From NCBI GenBank assembly GCA_964016885.1, contig OZ024740.1, positions 116,374,001 through 116,438,000 of the forward strand: DNA of 64,000 bases, in the 5' to 3' direction. This stretch comes from Eledone cirrhosa. Its lineage: Eukaryota. A program made the translations under genes and the position numbers. The notes under the pieces were generated by a model. It was not told where the DNA came from, made no database searches, and saw only the letters and a list, made by a program, of their open reading frames with translations. Shown here piece after piece: positions 42,220 through 56,784 of this stretch (its first letter is position 1; the number at the start of each line of letters is the position of its first letter).

Positions 42220-42495
42220 ATGCGTGGTTTAGTGGTTAGGGTGTTCCACTCGCGGACTTAAGATGGTGAGTTGAGTCCCAGTGGCACCATCTGGCCTTCA
42301 ATCTACTCAGCTGGCAAAATATGTTGTACTTGTAATTCAAAGAACCGACCTGGCCATACACTGTGTCACACCGAATCTCTCAGAGAAGTACACGTGTCTG
42401 GGGAATACCCACACACTTCACGAGCAGGCTGTTCTGTTGATCCGTTGATCGAACCATTGTAACACTCATCGACGGAAGCAACGGAGGTCCAATAC
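42220..42495 (+). mobile_element. tRNA-derived SINE family B
   Basis: Head GCGTGGTTTAGTGGTTAGGG; body CTGTGTCACACCGAATCT..GAGCAGGCTGTTC; followed by (CA)n. Confidence 0.7.
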
Positions 42496-45375
42496 ACGCG
42501 TGCACGCACGCACACACACACATACACACACACCTTTTTCATTATCGTTAATGCAACACCTGACACTTCATCCAATCCTTTTCACCAAATAATACATTCT
42601 CTGGGACTTTCTTCTTGGTCGGTTTTAAATGATTTTAATAAACAATAAACAAGCCAGCAATATTTGTTTTACTTTTTATTTTAATAAAAGGGAATTTGTA
42701 TTAAAAAAATCTAATTTCTTTATTTAACGACCCCTCCTCACTTCCAACGATATAAATACGAATGTACCAATCAGAATTGAGCTTTTCGAAAACGCGGTCT
42801 TCTAGCCTACTTGAGTTCATTCTATGCAGGGCAATGAAAGGTTGCCGCTAACACGTTCACAAATTGGCAAAATGTCAAAGAGGTTAGGGAAACCACAAGT
42901 GTATCATCATCTCACTTTATACATGTAAAGCTGGCTGAGAATTAATATTGCCTGGGCGATATGCAACACAAAGATATTCCACGAAAAATTTACGTCTAAA
43001 GACTATTTTTGCTTTAACCCTTTTGATACCAAACAATCTCTGGTTCTATGAGACAAACCTGTTTGTTTTGAAGTGTTTGTATTTATCTAAAAGCTTTCCA
43101 ACACGATTTTCATATAAGAACATTTATATTCCAATCACCAGTTTAATAAATCCCTCTAAATTATTGATTATTTTCAAAATTATTTGAAACTCAATCTTTT
43201 TTAAAAACCGTTGAGCGATAGGAAGATTTTGAATTTGAAAGTTAGTTGGAAACATCAACGCTGTTTGACTATGAAAAATAGATGGACATATAAATCCTGG
43301 AGACGGAAAAAATTGTACAGCGCTGAAATATTGTATAATGTGGGTTCCAGTCCCACAGGTAGTGTTGTACAAATGTTATCCGTCTGTAGAGTTTAAATGC
43401 CCAGCTTAGACTATTTTTCATAATTAAACAACGTTGATGCCTCTAACTTACAAATTCAAAATCTATTTGAAATTCATTGGAAATATGGTAATGAAATGCT
43501 TAACCTGTCCATATCGAAACATACACATTTTCAGTATTAAATATTATTTTATATGAGAAGCATATCATGAGTTCCTAAAGAAGTTCGCTTTACAATCATG
43601 AGGTTCCGTGTTCGATCCCACTGCATGCCATTTTCTTCAACTGTTTTTCTTTTCCTTTTTAACATAACTTTATGTCGATCCAGGCCTGTAAGAGAAATTG
43701 GATAGATGGGAACTGTGTAGAAGTACATCAGATGTACTGTAATGTACTGGTAATTCAAAGGTCCAACCTTGTCACATACTAAGACGTGCTGATTCTACCT
43801 GAGAATTATATTAAACATACAAACCACTGTGGAATACTCATCCACATGCATGCCAAGTTAACGAGTTAATCTAAAAAACTAAATGCTCATCGTCGACTCT
43901 TCTAAATATATTTTCGTCCTTTTTTTGTCTTGCCCAGCTCTATAAATCTTCTTTATTTTTCACATCATTTACACGATAATTTAACGAGTTGAAGATTCAA
44001 ATTCTCAAAAATATCTGATTGTACATCGTCCAATCCGTCGGAGATTCAATCATCATATATCAAAAACCTTATTCAAACCTTCTGAATCTGTTTTCACCAT
44101 TACAAATATGCTAATCTCTAAAAGCTCAAACGGAGAGTACCGTGAAAAAAATGACCCAAAATGGGGAGAAATGAGGCAAAATGGGGAGATTTTACATAAT
44201 GAAAACTATGCCCATTTTCACAAAAGCGGAGGGACGGAGAAAAATGAGCCCAAACGAGGAGAGTTGACAGGTCTGCCATTATTTGTCTTGCTCAGACTAA
44301 GAAGTATTAATTTCTTTCACTGCGGTGTTTATCTTTCAACGTTCATCAGAGGTGAACTAGTCGGCCATATGAGGATTTGCTCATTGCCCAGTGGCTGCTG
44401 GGCTGGGTAAAAAATGCTTTTAAAACGCAACGAGAAATTGAAGTCATAGCCATTGCACAAAGAATGAAATGAAAATCTTTTTTTTAACCCTATTTTTATC
44501 AACCCGTTCCAAACTGACCCTGGTTCTATGAACTAAAAACACCCGTTTTAAAGGTTTCCAATTTAAATTAAAATCTTCCAACATAATTTTATATAAGAAT
44601 CTTACATTAAGTTACTATCTCAGTAATGAAATAATTAATAATTTCAGTAAATAAACCCGCGAAATTCTTCATTAATCAATTAAAATGGAGTGTATTTCAT
44701 TAGAGATGCCGTCATGGAAGGGTTAAAGTATTTTCTCTATTTTCTCAGATAAGCAATATATTCATGAACAATGGGCCGCTGAACTGGAAGGTGAGAGAGG
44801 CTCACGTCGGTTTTAAGACTCGGTTTGCTTCTGACGTTTATCTTCAGCCAGCCAGCAAAATATCATCCATGTAATTGTTATACACCTTCAAATCAGGCGC
44901 GTGCCTTAGTTACACCTGTTTTTGGAATGCTCAGCCAAGTGTGCGTTAAACGAGCACGCTGTTACGTTGATCAAACAACTGGAACACTCGAGGTCGAAAT
45001 CGACGAAGATCCAACAGACGTGCACACACACACGCATACCTACATACACACACACACATACCTACATACACACACACACATACATACATACACACACATA
45101 CATATATACATACATACATACATACATACACACAGACATACGTACATACATACACACAGACACTCTTCATTGGACCTAATCAAATCTTCTCAAAGAAACA
45201 TAACAAAAAAAATCCTTGTATGATTTGAAACAGCGTCCCCACGAATTATAAAACATTGAAATATAGTATGATCAGCGAAATAATACAACTATTGAAAATA
45301 TTTATATACGCCCAGTAGAAAATGAAGGCCGTTGAGTATATGCAAGCTTTCCTTTGTTGCCTCAATACAATCTGT

Positions 45376-45459
<84 letters not shown>

Positions 45460-45913
45460 CTCTCCTTTTATTGGCAATCGTCGTTTCTATCTGACATATT
45501 TAGCTTATGGAGCAGTTTTTGCTATCTCTTTCTTTCCTTATGAGATATATTGTAAACTGGAAAAAGAATTTGGACTACTTTTAATTTATGCTCCAGTGAT
45601 TAGGTCACCGTTTTATTTCTTGTTTTTTTTTTTGCTTTTGTTTTTTTTTCTCACAGCTATGCAGAAAATGCCGTCAGTTACTTACACAAGTGGAACACAG
45701 AGGATGCTTCAGTCGATCTAACTAAATAAAATTTCGCTTATATGAGGTGAAGGCAGACATGGCTGTGTGGTTAAGTAGTTCGCTTCGCAATCATGTGGTT
45801 TCGCGTTACGTGAACCTTGGAAAAGTATCTTCTTCTCTATCCTCTAGCTAACCAATACCTTATCAGTAGAATTTAGTAGACTGAAACAGCGGAAGCCCGT
45901 CATCATATAATAC

Positions 45914-45948
<35 letters not shown>

Positions 45949-46784
45949 GAGGAAAAGGCAGGGCCCATTATCCTTTTTTCGAGACTAGTAGGAATGAGAA
46001 GGGTATCATCAAACTGGAGACTTGGTCCAAATTCTTGCAATATACTATATGCACCCAAGGGTCAGTGTTAAATCGGGTGACACATTAGATATGCCCCTCT
46101 GTTAATATCTCAACAAGATAATCTTAATCGAAGATTTTACAGGAAAATATTGTTTTAGAATTTATTATCAATTCTTTAATTTCACAAAGGTTTCAATATT
46201 TTCGTACTATTTAGTAACTATTAAGAAGTTGGGTGGAGCAATATTTTGATCGGACGCAGAACTTCAGAATGTTATATACTCTGTCCGATCGTGGTGGGCT
46301 GAAGAACACAGACTAAGATCGAATCGGAAATGTGACTGTCTTAAAATGGTTGGATGAAAAGCTTCAGTATTTATTCCCTCTCTCTGCTCTTGTCTCTGAG
46401 TTCAAATCCCGCTGAGGTCGACTTTGTTTTCATCTTCTTAGGGTTCATAAAGTATGACTGCAGGGTCGGTGAATTAGTGGAATTGTCAAAAAGTTAGACA
46501 GGTTGTTTTCCTTTATCTGTTCCAGACCTGTGAGTTCTGAGTTCAAATCTCATCTCTTGTCACCGGAAAAGCGGTGATGCTTCGGTCAGAAATTGCAACC
46601 TACAGATAGTATTAGCAATGGAAATACCAATTGTTTTAGATCAAGTAATGAAAATATGAAGCTTTAGGGTGTCGCAGGGAATGTTTTTCGGTAGTCATTT
46701 CGGCTCTTTAAACTTTTAGTTCGAACCCTTTTCGATCTATTTCAAAAAGCGACCAAATTTCTATCAAATCGCATCCATTATATT

Positions 46785-46895
46785 TAAAATCCCGCCGAGG
46801 TTGACTTTGCCTTTCATCCTTACGGGGTCGATAAAATAAAGTACCAGTAATGCACTGGGTAATTGCTGGCCTTGTGCCTAAAGTAGAAACAATTA
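46785..46895 (+). mobile_element. SINE A, 3' part
   Basis: CCCGCCGAGGTTGACTTTGCCTTTCATCCTTACGGGGTCGATAAAATAAAGTACCAGT..GGCCTTGTGCC. Confidence 0.85.
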
Positions 46896-47989
46896 TATTT
46901 AAAATGGAAGAATATATTGAACAAGCTAGTCACAAATAAGCTGTCTGAATATAAAGAAAAAACAGTAGTCACATAGTTCTCCTCCGGCATTACTGGCCTT
47001 GGGTTATAAAACATCGGAAAGCAACAAAATCATTACTTAACTACAACTATAAAAATATTAGCTACCAAACAGAAAAATTAAATATCCCAGGGGACAGATA
47101 ATAGGAATCGTGATTCTCTTACCTTTCTCAAGGGTAATTAATGTGTATGTGAAGTGAAATACCTTCAACCAATCTACCCTCTAAGTAAAGATGCAGCTGC
47201 ACAGTCGCTGTATTGGTGCTGCGCAGTAGCATTGAATATCAAGTGTTTTTGTCCAATGAATCAAACGTTCTGCCCAATGGTTGGGAAAAATTAAAGAGAG
47301 CGTTGCCTTCAACTTATCACTCCAGCGCGACTGTGTGATTAATCTCTGAAAATGGTTATGAGCACAGCCCTTCCCTTCGTACTTAAACGCTCAGAAACAG
47401 TTAGCCCTCCTCCCATCAGTCTCAAATGCTCTAAATAAATGTCGATCGTGGTTAAACATTAAAAAGAAAACGTTTGCTTCATAACTACTTAATTTGGTGC
47501 TCTATCTATTACGCAGCATTTTAGATAAATCTCTTCTACTTTACTATTGAAATAGTCAATACTTTGTGAGTGAAATTCACATTAAACATAGGATTACTAA
47601 ATACTGTTCTAAGAAAAAGAACGAAGTTGATCATCAGCTCGGACCAAGGAAATTGCTCTACTCATTGCAGAATAAGGTGGGATTTGAACGCAGAATGCAC
47701 AAAACAGGAGCAGACACCGACTTTTTAACAATTTGCTAATTCATATCCCCTGACTTGGTGAGTTGACTTCGACAGGATTCGAACTTGCAGTGCAGAGAGT
47801 CCAGACAAACGCTGATTTTGTAACGATTCTGCCAATTCTCTGCCGAAATTCATCGTTCTAAAACGTTGACAGCAAAGCTTCTTGGATGGCCAAATAATTA
47901 AGAATGCTAAGTAAAGCGGATTTGGATAGACAAATAGATAAATAAATCTATATAACAAATATTAAATTGGATCTTTGTGTATAAGTGTG

Positions 47990-49158
47990 ACGTCCGAACG
48001 AGTGTCCTCCACCTCCACCTATCTTACCTTCCGCCTCATGGTTTCGCACGACATTGCCCTGGAGGATGTTCACACGATCAGAGTAGGTTCAGTTGTGTTG
48101 TGGAGAATACTGTTGACGAGGACACGGTAAGAGGTCACCGACGAAAGGAAAGCAGACATGGCTAGTGTGACTCGAGACCGAAGACTGAGGCCACCATGTC
48201 AGACGGGTAACGTGACCTATTACCATCCGGTGTATTCAAACGGGACGTTGCATATCTCCCCAGCAGTCCGTCGAATGCAAACGGGAAGATCTGTAGGGGA
48301 GAGAGGATTTGCTGTAGCAGGAGGTACTGTAGAAGATGTATAGGAGCTGTAGCATGGTGAAGCAGTTCCTCGACCGACAGACTGCCGGGTGGGCATCATT
48401 CAGGTTCAGTTTACTCGTCAGGATTTCTAGCTGGCGTAGCGGAAGTAGCGGTGAACCTAGGATGAAGACATATTCATTAGGGGTCACCTGCACCTGATAG
48501 GGTAATGTTCGCACGTCTGAGACAGAGGCCGCGAAGCCATCATGATTGACGCTCACGACCTCCGACTTGGATGAGTTGATCACGAGGGCGATCTTCGCGA
48601 TCTTCGCCAAAGCGGCAACAACTGATTGGAGATCGTGACAGACACTCTTTGCGGGCCCGTCTATCTTAGCATCATCCATATACCAGACGTTGAGAGAGGC
48701 GGTGATGCTCCGAGCAAGGCTGTCTGTCACGAGAGTGAAGAAAAGGGAAACCAATGGATCACCCTGTTGGATACTGGTTGAGGATTGTATTATCTTGTCT
48801 GCAGTGAGGATCATGCTCAGGGACCCGTATAACATGTAGGCCACTGTGCAGGTGGACGGGGCACGGCTGAGGCAAGCCTCAAGCAACTGATTTCAGCGAA
48901 GACAGTTAAAGGCGTTTCTCATGTCAAGCTTGACGATGAGATGTCTGAAATCATTCGGCGCCGGCTCAGGAGGACAGTCGTTGATGAACTGTCTAGCGGT
49001 GAGGGCGATTGCCTCGCACCCGCTGGCCACGCCAGCCCCCAGCTGCACTAGGCTGAGTTTCTCGCCTAGTTCGGGTGGGACAGACTTACAGATGATCTTA
49101 GCACCAAGCTCTGGAAGACATTTCTTGCTGCGATGGGACGTATTCCACCGTCTTTATT
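47990..49158 (-). pseudogene. Non-LTR retrotransposon RT fragment, CRE-like clade
   Basis: NKDGGIRPIAA; VQLGAGVASGCEAIALTARQFI; VKLDMRNAFNCLR; IQQGDPLVSLFF; LNVWYMDDA; ILGSPL; LPV*HGGLSLR. GC-rich relative to flanks, with stops. Confidence 0.82.
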
Positions 49159-52114
49159 CCTGAGATCGGGGAGGCCGGCAAAAAAGAAGAGATCTCGGGA
49201 ACAAGAGATTTCCCTCTCCCCGAAATTACTAAATAAATAAATTTCAGTAATGGCTAAAAAACGCAGGACCTAAAAATGAGATTGGTGGATTTTTTATAGC
49301 GGTCCACGATTAAAGTCTTCCAACTAGAAGCTAATCCTTGAATTTTGCTGGACTCATGCCACCTCCCCTCAGACACTCCTGAATTACTCGCCTCTCCTGC
49401 TCTCATCACCAATGTTGTGTCTCACACACTCATCCACTCCCAATTCAGAATGTCAGCCCTCTGGTACTCCCACCTGATTCCCGCTCTTCTCCGCCTCTCA
49501 TCATCCATGTTATGTCCGACCCCACCTATATGTCCTGCACTAACCACTATGTCCAGTCTTTCCTGTCCAGGACGCCTATCATCTGTGAATTGCTCCTTGT
49601 TTATGTCTTTCCCAAAGGAATGGATCTACTGCAATTTAAACAGAATATCATAGTCATCAATGTCTCAGTTTTCAGAAGGCCTGTGAAGTTCAGAAGCCTG
49701 AAGTTCACTGCCTCTTCTTCCTGACCTACCAAGTGAAAATAAAAGGAATTTCCCAGTTATCTCTTTGTTTTGTTTGGATCAATACCTTTATGGGTTTATA
49801 AATAGTTCAGGATACTCCAGGTTATATCATCGTCATTATCATCCTTTAACGTCTGTTTTCTTTCTAGCAAAGGTTAGATGGGTTGTCACAAGCCAAGTCA
49901 GAGCTACTGACCTCTCAGACGGAGCGGGAACCCACATCACTCTTACATCCGTTCCTACATTTTACAGTGTGTACTAGATGTGTTTTGTCATCGTATCAAC
50001 ACTATGGAGGTTGTCATGTTATTGACCCTTTGTTTGACAAGTTTCCTACGACTAATATTTACAATTCTTAACGTCAACCCTTTTACAGTGTGCATTGAGC
50101 GTGTTTATGGTGGCACCAACACTGGGGAAGTTGCCGTGATTTTACACAACTAAACATTCCTTTTGACCCATTGTTTGACAAGTTTTCTACGGCTGGATGC
50201 CCTTCCTAATATCAACTATTTTATAGAGTGTACTAAGTGCGATATATCTCCACGGTTAAAGAGTTGTTGTTTGTTGCTGTTGTTGTTTGTTTGTTTGTTT
50301 GCTGTTGTTATTCTTGTTAATTATATACAAAAATCTTTGGAATGTTTCATATTTGTTATCACCAAACTGTAAATTTTCTGACCTTGCAAGTAGCCTTGGT
50401 GTCTGCCGTTTGATTATTGCTAGGGTGTGCTATCTGCGAGTTGTAGCTGTATTATAGTTCACTATTAAATATAGATTTTATGACTAAATGTCTAGCTGCT
50501 TGGATGAGGTGGGATGTATTATATACAGCACGAAACAATGGTATTTCAATAACATATATTCAAATAAATTAATAGACCAAACAATTATATCATGGAAGAG
50601 TCATTTAAAATGAAATTAGTCGATCGTTGGATCAAATCAAGAAAGCTGTTTCCATTGAGTTGTTCCCATTGCTGATACTATCTGTTGGTCGCTATTCCTG
50701 ACAGATGGAAGCGGGATTTGAACTCAGAACACAGAGAGCCTGATCAGACACCGCAAATCATTCCGTCTGACTCTTTACCAATTTCGCCAATCCACAAACC
50801 CTGGACTAGTACTTTATTGAGTGATCCCGAAAGAATGAAAAGCTAAGTTAATCTCGATTTGTACTCATAACTCAGAGAATCAAAACAAATACCAAGTTAA
50901 TTAATTCTAACGATTCTACCAGTTTGTCAACAGTCATTTGTTAAAACAAAACACACAAATACTGTTATTTACATTTTTCATTTATTTCACTGTCAGTTGT
51001 AATGGAATTGTGTTAGTGACCAGGAAAAGAAAACAGCTAACTTTTTGATATCACAAAATATATGAAAAGTGAATATAATAGTTTGTGTGTGTTTTTGCTT
51101 TTTTGAATGGCTAAAACGACTCTTCCATGCTGTAATTACTTTAGTTTCAACAGATGATGTCAGATCAAATCAGATCTGAAATGACTCTTCCACGATGTAT
51201 TTGATTTTGTTTGAACACACGATCTCAAATCAAGCCATTTGCCAAACAAATACAACTGAGGCTAAAATGATTCTTCCATGCTGTAATTGATGTAATGGTA
51301 AAGTCGACCTAGATGGGATTTCAACATAGAACGTACATGGATATAACCAAACACACAAGATATTTCTTCTAACTCTCCGCCGATTCTACCATCCACATTT
51401 CCATTATGTGAAATGAAACAAATATCAAAATTTTTCTAAGTTTATCCGAGCGATGTTGTAAGCAAGAAGGTTTAGAAGATAATTAAGAGCACTGCGGTTC
51501 TAAAGATAAATGTGGCGAGAGATCGGGGAATGCAATGAACAAGATAACCTGTTGGTCTCACGATAAAATGCACTCAGTTTTCCCCAAATTAAATTGGTTG
51601 ACAAACAAACCAGGACAATGTAGGGTAGAGATGACCCTTTAGTCTTACTGAGAACATGATAACCTCTCTAGTGTTGGTGCTATGATAAAATATACCCAGT
51701 ACACTCTGTGAAGGAGTTGGCAATCGATTGGAGGTAATATGGGGTAGAGATGAATCTTCATTCTTGTGCATTCAGATTCAACATACGGTCTCGATTCAAA
51801 TGACTTTTCGGACATATACAACTCTGAAATTAGTAGACTAAATTATACAACAATCAGGAACAATTATTGCCCAATATATAAAAATTTCCGGTAAAAGTAG
51901 AGAAACCACAAATGAAGTAAATCATATGAACCAGACCCAACTCAGCTATGAAATCAATGTACACATTAGGTTTCAAAACGCATTATACAAGAAAAGAACA
52001 CGACATACGTTCATGTGCAAGTCCCAAACGCAGAAAATAACTCATAATAATTAATCACTCTAAATAATAGTTGAAGAAATTGAGTAAATTACCCTTGTAT
52101 GGAGTATGTATATG

Positions 52115-52186
<72 letters not shown>

Positions 52187-52489
52187 CGCGTGCGTGCGTG
52201 TGAGTGAGTGTGTGTGTGCGCGCGCACACAATACTGGTTAAGTTAAAACGTAATTTCTGCAGACAGCAGTTTTAATAATTGTTGTTGGGCAGAATATAGC
52301 ACAGAAACAGAATCCGTCCAGGAGTTAGATACATAAGGTATATTTGCCATAACACAGCCACTGCACTAGCTATTTAAATATTATGTATTTACTCTGAACA
52401 TCGAGATGCAGTTTCACAACTGCAAGCTTATTGTCTCATTGAGTGAGTCATGGCCACAGATCGCTGAATTAGTATCAGTAAATTTCATA

Positions 52490-52547
52490 AACTATATATA
52501 TATTATATTATATAATATATATATATAATATATATAATATATATATA

Positions 52548-52578
<31 letters not shown>

Positions 52579-52686
52579 ATATTATATAATATATATATAT
52601 AATATATATAATATATATATAATATATAATATATATTATATTATATAATATATATATAATATATATAATATATATATAATATATAT

Positions 52687-52718
<32 letters not shown>

Positions 52719-53291
52719 ATATATATATATAATATATATATATACATATATATATATAATATATATAATATATATACATATATAATATATATAATATGTA
52801 ATATATAAATATATATAATATATATATATAATATATAATATATATACATATATTATATATATATATAAATAATATATATATATATATACATATATTATAT
52901 ATATATATAATATATAATATATAAATAATATATATATATATACTTATATTATATATATATATAATATCTAATATATAAATAATATATATATATATATACA
53001 TATATTATATATATATATAATATATAATATATAAATAATATATATATATATAATATATAAATAATATATAAATAATATATATATATATAAATAATATATA
53101 TATATATATAATATATATATATATATATAATATATAAATAATATATATATATATATATAATATATAAATAATATATATATATAATATATAATATAAATAT
53201 AATATATATATAAATAATATATATTTATAATATATAAATAAATAATATATATATATATATAATATATAAATAATATATATATATATAATAT

Positions 53292-53336
<45 letters not shown>

Positions 53337-53832
53337 ATATATATATAATATATATATAATATATATATAATATATATATATATATAATATATATATAATA
53401 TATATAATATATATATATATATATATAATATATATATAATATATATATAATATATATATAAATATATATATATAATATATATATATATATAATATATAAT
53501 ATATATATAATATATATATAATATATATAATATAATATATATATAATATATATATAATATATATATATATAATATATAATATATATAATATATATATATA
53601 TATATATAACCAACTTCTTAAATGGAAGTTGATCAATATTTATGGTACGTCAAATTTATTTATAAAACTGCTTATATATTGTATTTTATCTGAAGAAGGC
53701 ATGCCATATTTTTAATATGGTATCCCTGAAATATGTATAATGAAATAGATATGGTTTTATAAATATAGTTTCCATTTGTTTAATATCGTATATATAATAT
53801 ATATATATAATATATATATAATATATATATAT

Positions 53833-53886
<54 letters not shown>

Positions 53887-54339
53887 ATATATATATATAA
53901 TATATATATAATATATATATAAAATATATATATAATATATATATAAAATATATATATAATATATATAATATATATATAAAATATATATATAATATATATA
54001 ATATATATATAATATATATATATAATATATATATAATATATATAATATATATATATAATATATATATAATATATATATATATATAGTATATATAATATAT
54101 ATAATATATATATATAATATATATAATATATATATATATAATATATATAATATATATATATATAATATATATAATATATATATATATATAATATATATAA
54201 TATATATATATAATATATATAATATATATATAATATATATAATATATATATAATATATATATATATAGTATATATAATATATATAATATATATATATATT
54301 ATATATAATATATATATATATAATATATATAATATATAT

Positions 54340-54371
<32 letters not shown>

Positions 54372-54404
54372 ATATATATATATAATATATAATATATATA
54401 TATA

Positions 54405-54469
<65 letters not shown>

Positions 54470-54794
54470 TATATATAATATATAAATATAATATATATAT
54501 ATATAATATATAATATATATATCTAATATATAATATATATATATAATATATACATAATATATATATATATATATATATAATATATATATATATATAATAT
54601 ATATATAATATATATTATATAATATATATATATATATAATATATATATAATATATAATATATATATATATATAATATATATATATAATATATATATATAT
54701 AATATTATATATATATATTATATATAATATTATATATATATAATATATATTATATATATATTATATATATAATATATATATATATAATATATAT

Positions 54795-54828
<34 letters not shown>

Positions 54829-54837
54829 AATATACAT

Positions 54838-54868
<31 letters not shown>

Positions 54869-54883
54869 ATATATATATATAAT

Positions 54884-54915
<32 letters not shown>

Positions 54916-54930
54916 ATATATATATATAAT

Positions 54931-55000
<70 letters not shown>
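52490..55000. repeat. Long degenerate (TA)n/(TATATAA)n tract, interrupted at 53609-53790; similar tracts at 56280-56785 and 58200-59280
   Basis: Almost pure A/T, with short TA runs punctuated by AA. Confidence 0.9.
53609..53790 (+). mobile_element. Family L HHR element; HHR at 53682-53747
   Basis: TATTTTAT-CTGAAGA-AGGcATGCCATATT ttt AATATGGTATcCCT-GAAA-TATGTAT-A-ATGAAATA. Confidence 0.8.
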
Positions 55001-55003
<3 letters not shown>

Positions 55004-55318
55004 GATATTAAACAAATGGAAACTATATTTATAAAACCATATTTATTTCATTAACTTTTTTAATGGAAGTTGAACAATATTCATGGTACGTCAATTTTAT
55101 TTATAAAACTGCTTATATATTGTATTTTGTCTGAGGAAGGCATGCCATATTTCTAATATGGTATCCCTGAAATATGTATAATGAAATAAATATGGTTTTA
55201 TAAATATAGTTTCCATTTGTTTAATATCGTATATCTACTCCAATACTTGTTGAGTGCTTTATATCAGTTATAAAATATTTATTCGTTGTAACCCAACAAT
55301 TTTAAATAAAACTTTTGC
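55001..55318 (+). mobile_element. Family L HHR element with an inverted 5' arm (55001-55052); HHR at 55123-55188
   Basis: CTGAGGA core with the same stem II as 53690. The left arm is the reverse complement of ~55179-55231. Confidence 0.8.
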
Positions 55319-55340
55319 ATATATATATATATATATATAT

Positions 55341-55385
<45 letters not shown>

Positions 55386-55391
55386 TAATAT

Positions 55392-55422
<31 letters not shown>

Positions 55423-55473
55423 AATATATAAATATATATATATATATAAATATAATATATATATATATAATAT

Positions 55474-55545
<72 letters not shown>

Positions 55546-55551
<6 letters not shown>

Positions 55552-56278
55552 CAAATAACGAAACGAAATTAAATTTCGTTTCGCTTCTAACTCACTTTTG
55601 TATGACTGACGCTTAAACAATTAAGTTAAAGTGTACATCTACATATGTATACGGAAGTATTAGTATGCATATAAATACACACATGTATACATATGTACAT
55701 GTACTGAGTTTTTCACTAGACACTTTACAGTGAGTGTCAGCTAGTCTATATTTACTCATAATAATACTTCCGTATACATATGTAGATGTACACTTTAACT
55801 TAATTGTTTAAGCGTCAGTCATACAAAAGTGAGTTAGAAGCGAAACGAAATTTAATTTCGTTTCGTTATTTGTTTTTATCGTTTCCGCTGAACCGGTGCG
55901 TACAATGACTCACGTTCTATGCAAATTAGTCTACCCACTACTAATTTTCATAGAAAAAGCATATAACGCTATGTGCTTTTACAATTCTCCAGAGAAGCCG
56001 GAAGATGGGTAAATATTGCTGATGAGATGTAATAACATCGAAACTAGTCCAATATTCCTGTCTGGCCCTCTGTAGAATAGAGGAAATGTGTTTCCTTGAA
56101 AACTCGTATGACTCTAAAACCCGGTCCGTCTGTGTGGTTACATACAGACTAGCTGACACTCACTGTAAAGTGTCTAGTGAAAAACTCAGTACATGTACAT
56201 ATGTATACATGTGTGTATTTATATGCATACTAATACTTCCGTATACATATGTAGATGTACACTTTAACTTAATTGTTT
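55546..56278 (+). mobile_element. Retrozyme-like element R3 (469-bp unit plus an inverted 5' arm)
   Basis: Terminal direct repeat at 55762/56231; inverted arm 55546-55749; octamer at 55919-55926; TA flanks. Confidence 0.85.
56012..56056 (+). ncRNA. Canonical minimal type I hammerhead ribozyme
   Basis: AATATTG-CTGATGA-GATGT aata ACATC-GAAA-CTAGT-C-CAATATT. Stem I is 7 bp, stem II 5 bp, stem III the palindrome ACTAGT. GUC site with predicted cleavage after 56049. Confidence 0.92.
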
Positions 56279-56519
56279 ATATATATATATATATAATATA
56301 TATATAATATATATATATATAATATATAATATATTTATAATATATATATATATAATATATATATATATAATATATATAATATATATATAATTTATAATAT
56401 ATATATAATATATAATATATATATAATATATAATATATATATAATATATATATATTATATATTATATATATATAATATATATATAATATATATATATATA
56501 ATATATATATAATATATAT

Positions 56520-56552
<33 letters not shown>

Positions 56553-56784
56553 ATATATATATAATATATATATAATATATAATATATATATATATATAAT
56601 ATATATATATATATATAATATATATATATATAATATATATATATATATAATATATATATATATATAATATATATATATATATAATATATATATATATATA
56701 TAATATATATATATATATAATATATATATATAATATATATATATATAATATATATATATATAATATATATATATATAATATATA

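Noticed and set aside
44135-44275. Possible MITE ending GAGTTGACAGGTCTG, similar to ~8160 and ~49165
   Set aside because: No matching second terminus or target-site duplication was identified.
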